In this document: positions 60,485-64,000 of the stretch, piece by piece | Layout: every line of letters starts with the position of its first letter | Position numbering within the stretch: the first letter of the stretch is position 1 | From: Octopus bimaculoides | Taxonomy: Eukaryota | NCBI RefSeq assembly: GCF_001194135.2 | Contig: NC_069005.1 | Coordinates: 31,103,257-31,167,256 of the forward strand | DNA length: 64,000 bases | Reading direction: 5' to 3' | Translations under genes and position numbers: made by a program | Notes under the pieces: generated by a model | Database searches by the model: none | The model's input: the letters and a program-made list of their open reading frames with translations, nothing else | What the model was told of the DNA's origin: nothing

Positions 60485-61784
60485 AATACATTAAATATTG
60501 CATAATATGAGATTTTAAAATAGTTTAGTCATTTTCCCATGTGGAGATTTACAGGTGTCTTCCTTAATGCTAATTAATTTAATTTAATGCAGGTGTCCTT
60601 CCTATCACTACTTAGTATACCATACCAACTACACTATTTCCAGACAAAGAAAAAACAAACAGAATGGCAAGGGAGAATTATCTGTGTGCAGAACAGTGAC
60701 AATTGAGGACATGTTCAGGTCTTATCAAACCTCCTCAGCAAAATGTAGTCTAACTTTTACTGCAGATCTTCAATGATTGGAAAAGTATGTAGGTTTTTTT
60801 CTGCTGAATTACTAGATGTATGAGAGGAATTCTGAACTCACCTCATTCAACACTGAATTATTTATGGCTAAAAAAAAAATGTTTTATTAATGTTTTGCTA
60901 AAAGCATGCTTGTATCAATGGGAGAGGAAACTATAGAGCTGCATTGTTTTATTGTGTTCCAATCTGCTTTTGATAATAGCATCTGTGGGCAATATTTAAC
61001 TTGTGTTTGATATTATATTGCATTTTAATATTGTAGATTGTAGCCGAGACAAAGAATATATATGCACATGAGTGAGCGCGTATGTATGTGTATACATACA
61101 TGACACTATGTATGTATATATGTATGTATGTATGTATGTATGCATATAAAGTTGTGTGTGTGAGGGGGGAGTGAGCACAAGCATATTCACAAACTAAATA
61201 AAAAGCTGTGCTTCAGGTCGTGTGAGTGTATATATATATGCATGCATGAATACGTATATTATACACATGCAAACACACAGATATGAATACACATATGCAT
61301 ATACATATAAGCATATGTATATGTGTGTGTGTGTGTACGTGTACATATGCACACACACACACACACACATGCAATGATACATATTCATGTGTGTGTGTTT
61401 GTATATATATCACCTTATAATTTTGCTTCAATCATGTTTGATTTCTTCAAAGCTAATGAGAAAAAAAAAGAAAGAAAAGTTCTAGTACTTTTTTTTTCTC
61501 ATTAGCAGTGCAGATAGCTAAAATGATTGAAATAAATTTGTAACCTAATTTTTGAGATATACGCACACACACATACATGCATATATATATATATATATAT
61601 ATATANNNNNNNNNNATGCACGCACGCACACACATATATAATCATCCTCACTTAATGTCTACATTTCCATGTTTTCATGGGTTAGACAGAATTTGTTGTG
61701 GCAGACTTTCTACAGCCAGGTGCTCTTCCTGTTGCCAACCCTCACCTGTTTCAAAGAAAGGCAATATTTCCCGATTGCCAGACA

Positions 61785-62130
61785 TGTGGTTAAGAAGCTT
61801 GCTTTCCTACCACATGGTTTCAGGTTCAGTCCTACTGTGCATCACCATCAATTTCCAGACCGGGCTGCGTGTTGTGTTCTTGAGCAAGACACTTTATTTC
61901 ACGTTGCTCCAGTTCACTCAGCTGTAGAAATGAGTTGTGATGTCACTGGTGCCAAGCTGTATTGGCCCCTTTACCTTTCCCTTGGATAACATCAGTGGCG
62001 TGAAGAGGGGAGGCTGGTATGTGTGGGTGACTGCTGGTCTTCCATAAGTAACCTTGTCTGGATTTGTGCCTTGGAGGGGAACTTTCTAGGGGCAATCCCA
62101 TGGTCAGTCATGACTGTAGAGGGTCTTTAC
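61785..62130 (+). mobile_element. CORE-type SINE with a third 3' tail type
   Basis: Family B-like head (ACCACATGGTTTCAGGTTCAGTCCTACTG), then core TTCTTGAGCAAGACACTTTATTTCACGTTGCTCCAGTTCACTCAGCTG and a distinct tail ending GAGGGTCTTTACCC. Confidence 0.6.
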
Positions 62131-62146
62131 CCTTTATATATATGTG

Positions 62147-62161
62147 TAGATAGATAGTTAA

Positions 62162-62208
<47 letters not shown>
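62147..62208. repeat. (GATA)n microsatellite
   Basis: Read directly. Confidence 0.95.
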
Positions 62209-62903
62209 TTGTATTGAGGGGTATCTATTCAAGAGCTGGGGAGAACATCTGTTGAGTTGGTTTTCTCAGCTACAACTACCAATTCACTTCACTGCTATCA
62301 CTAACATTTATAAGAAACGTATGAGCATTGACGCTCACTCATGTTTACAGATCAGACACTCATTAGTGCATCAAACAAAATTCCTTGCCATAATAAAGTT
62401 GCTCTTAACAGCTTTTACTTTGGTTTATATCGATTCCGAATTCAAATCTTGTCAGATTTGATTTTGACTGACATTGTTTCATGAATCGCTAAAATATGAA
62501 ACCCAACACGTAAAGGTTCGTTGACTTAGGGACCGGGAACACCTTGATGACCACCACCCCTCCGCTTCCCTCGCCCCCTTCCGCTTCCTCCGCTTCCCTC
62601 GCCCCCCTCCCCACCATATTTACAAATGAATGTTGCATAACATCACCGCTGTGTCCCCACACTTTGATGTTTCAGCTTTTGCTTAACAAACTATATAATT
62701 CCTTCATCTTATTTGGTTAGGTAAGATGTTAGGTGTACATCCTCTACAGCAGGAAAAACAGAAAAAGAAGTAGCCCCCTCCCCCATCCCTCTAAAAATTA
62801 GCAGAATATGATTTGGGTTAGCCTCTTACAGCTGTTTGTAGGGCTACATATATGCATTGCATATCACTGCTTGATTGTACCTTGTTCCTCCCTCTCTCTC
62901 TTT

Positions 62904-62944
<41 letters not shown>

Positions 62945-63437
62945 ATAATTATTTATATATGTCTGTATGTTTGTAGTAGAATTAGAAATAGAAAGTCCTT
63001 GGTACAGTAATGTATATTTGAAAAAATGTATAGACACGGCTTCTCTGTTCATATTTCCACACCTAATAATTCATAAACATCTAATTATTAAAGAGTAAAA
63101 ATTAAGAGAAAAGCCATTATTATTCATTTTTTACAAATATTCNNNNNNNNNNNNNNNNNNNNNNNNNNNNNNNNNNNNNNNNNNNNNNNNNNNNNNNNNN
63201 NNNNNNNNNNNNNNNNNNNNNNNNNNNNNNNNNNNNNNNNNNNNNNNNNNNNNNNNNNNNNNNNNNNNNNNNNNNNNNNNNNNNNNNNNNNNNNNNNNNN
63301 NNNNNNNNNNNNNNNNNNNNNNNNNNNNNNNNNNNNNNNNNNNNNNNNNNNNNNNNNNNNNNNNNNNNNNNNNNNNNNNNNNNNNNNNNNNNNNNNNNNN
63401 NNNNNNNNNNNNNNNNNNNNNNNNNNNNNNNNNNNNN

Positions 63438-63479
<42 letters not shown>

Positions 63480-63483
<4 letters not shown>

Positions 63484-63680
63484 TTGTGTGTCTGTCTGTG
63501 TTTGTCCCCCCGCTATCGCTTGACAACTGATGTTAGTATGTTTATATCCCTGTAACATAGCAAATGAGACCAATAGAATAAGTACTAGGCTTAGAAAGAA
63601 TAAGTCCCGGGGTCGATTTGTTCGACTAAAGGCGATGCTCCAGCATGGCCTCAGTCAAATGGCTGAAACGAGTAAAAGAA
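63480..63680 (+). mobile_element. Family B SINE 3' half
   Basis: ATCGCTTGACAAC..AATAGAATAAGTACTAGGCTT..GGGGTCGATTTGTTCGACTAAAGGCGATGCTCCAGCATGGCC. Confidence 0.8.
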
Positions 63681-64000
63681 CGTGTGTGTGTCTGTATTGT
63701 TGATGTCATAAGAATTAATTAATTTTTGAGAAAACATGAAATTATTGTTTTGAGATTGCTATCACAGACATCATATAGTTGTAAATAACAGTATATAAAT
63801 ATTGGGTTTAGAAACCCTTTTAAATCGAAAAACTCGAAGGCAACCTTTGGCTTTCTCTATCCAAAGGGTTTTTCAACGCAATATTTACATGGCATCATTT
63901 ATAGCCTTATGTCTGTGCTCCAGGAACCAATTCCAAAACAGAATTTCATACATACATACATATATGTATATGTATAATATATTACATGTGTATTTATGTT

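Overview
AT-rich, microsatellite-saturated metazoan DNA from a gapped short-read scaffold (about 6.4 kb of N, roughly 10%). The SINE and MITE families resemble what I recall of octopus (coleoid cephalopod) repeats; that assignment is inference, not a database result. I found no confident host-gene exon, RNA gene or CRISPR array, so the window reads as a very long intron or intergenic region. Nearly all ORFs in the supplied track are microsatellite or N artefacts. Four protein-coding relics are real, all from retroelements: (1) a stop-free Penelope-like GIY-YIG domain at 16833-17186 (+), only half of which the ORF track captured; (2) a decayed, different-clade Penelope-like fragment at 47150-47760 (-); (3) a LINE ORF1 CCHC zinc knuckle at 29631-29783 (-); (4) an RTE-LINE C-terminus at 30371-30690 (+). 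The rest is tRNA-derived Deu/Nin-type and CORE-type SINEs, RTE-tail-like repeats and TTAA-flanked MITEs. Best leads: a candidate recursive splice site (polypyrimidine-TAG|GTAAGT at 46314/46315) whose donor can pair with a downstream U1-like ACTTAC around a hammerhead-like core; a 95-bp-arm foldback at 30153-30364; a 178-bp apparently templated insertion into a repeat; closely spaced inverted SINE pairs that could form ADAR substrates; and a CRE/E2F promoter-like patch with ATG and a GTAAGT donor near 41.9-42.0 kb. All functional interpretations are hypotheses.
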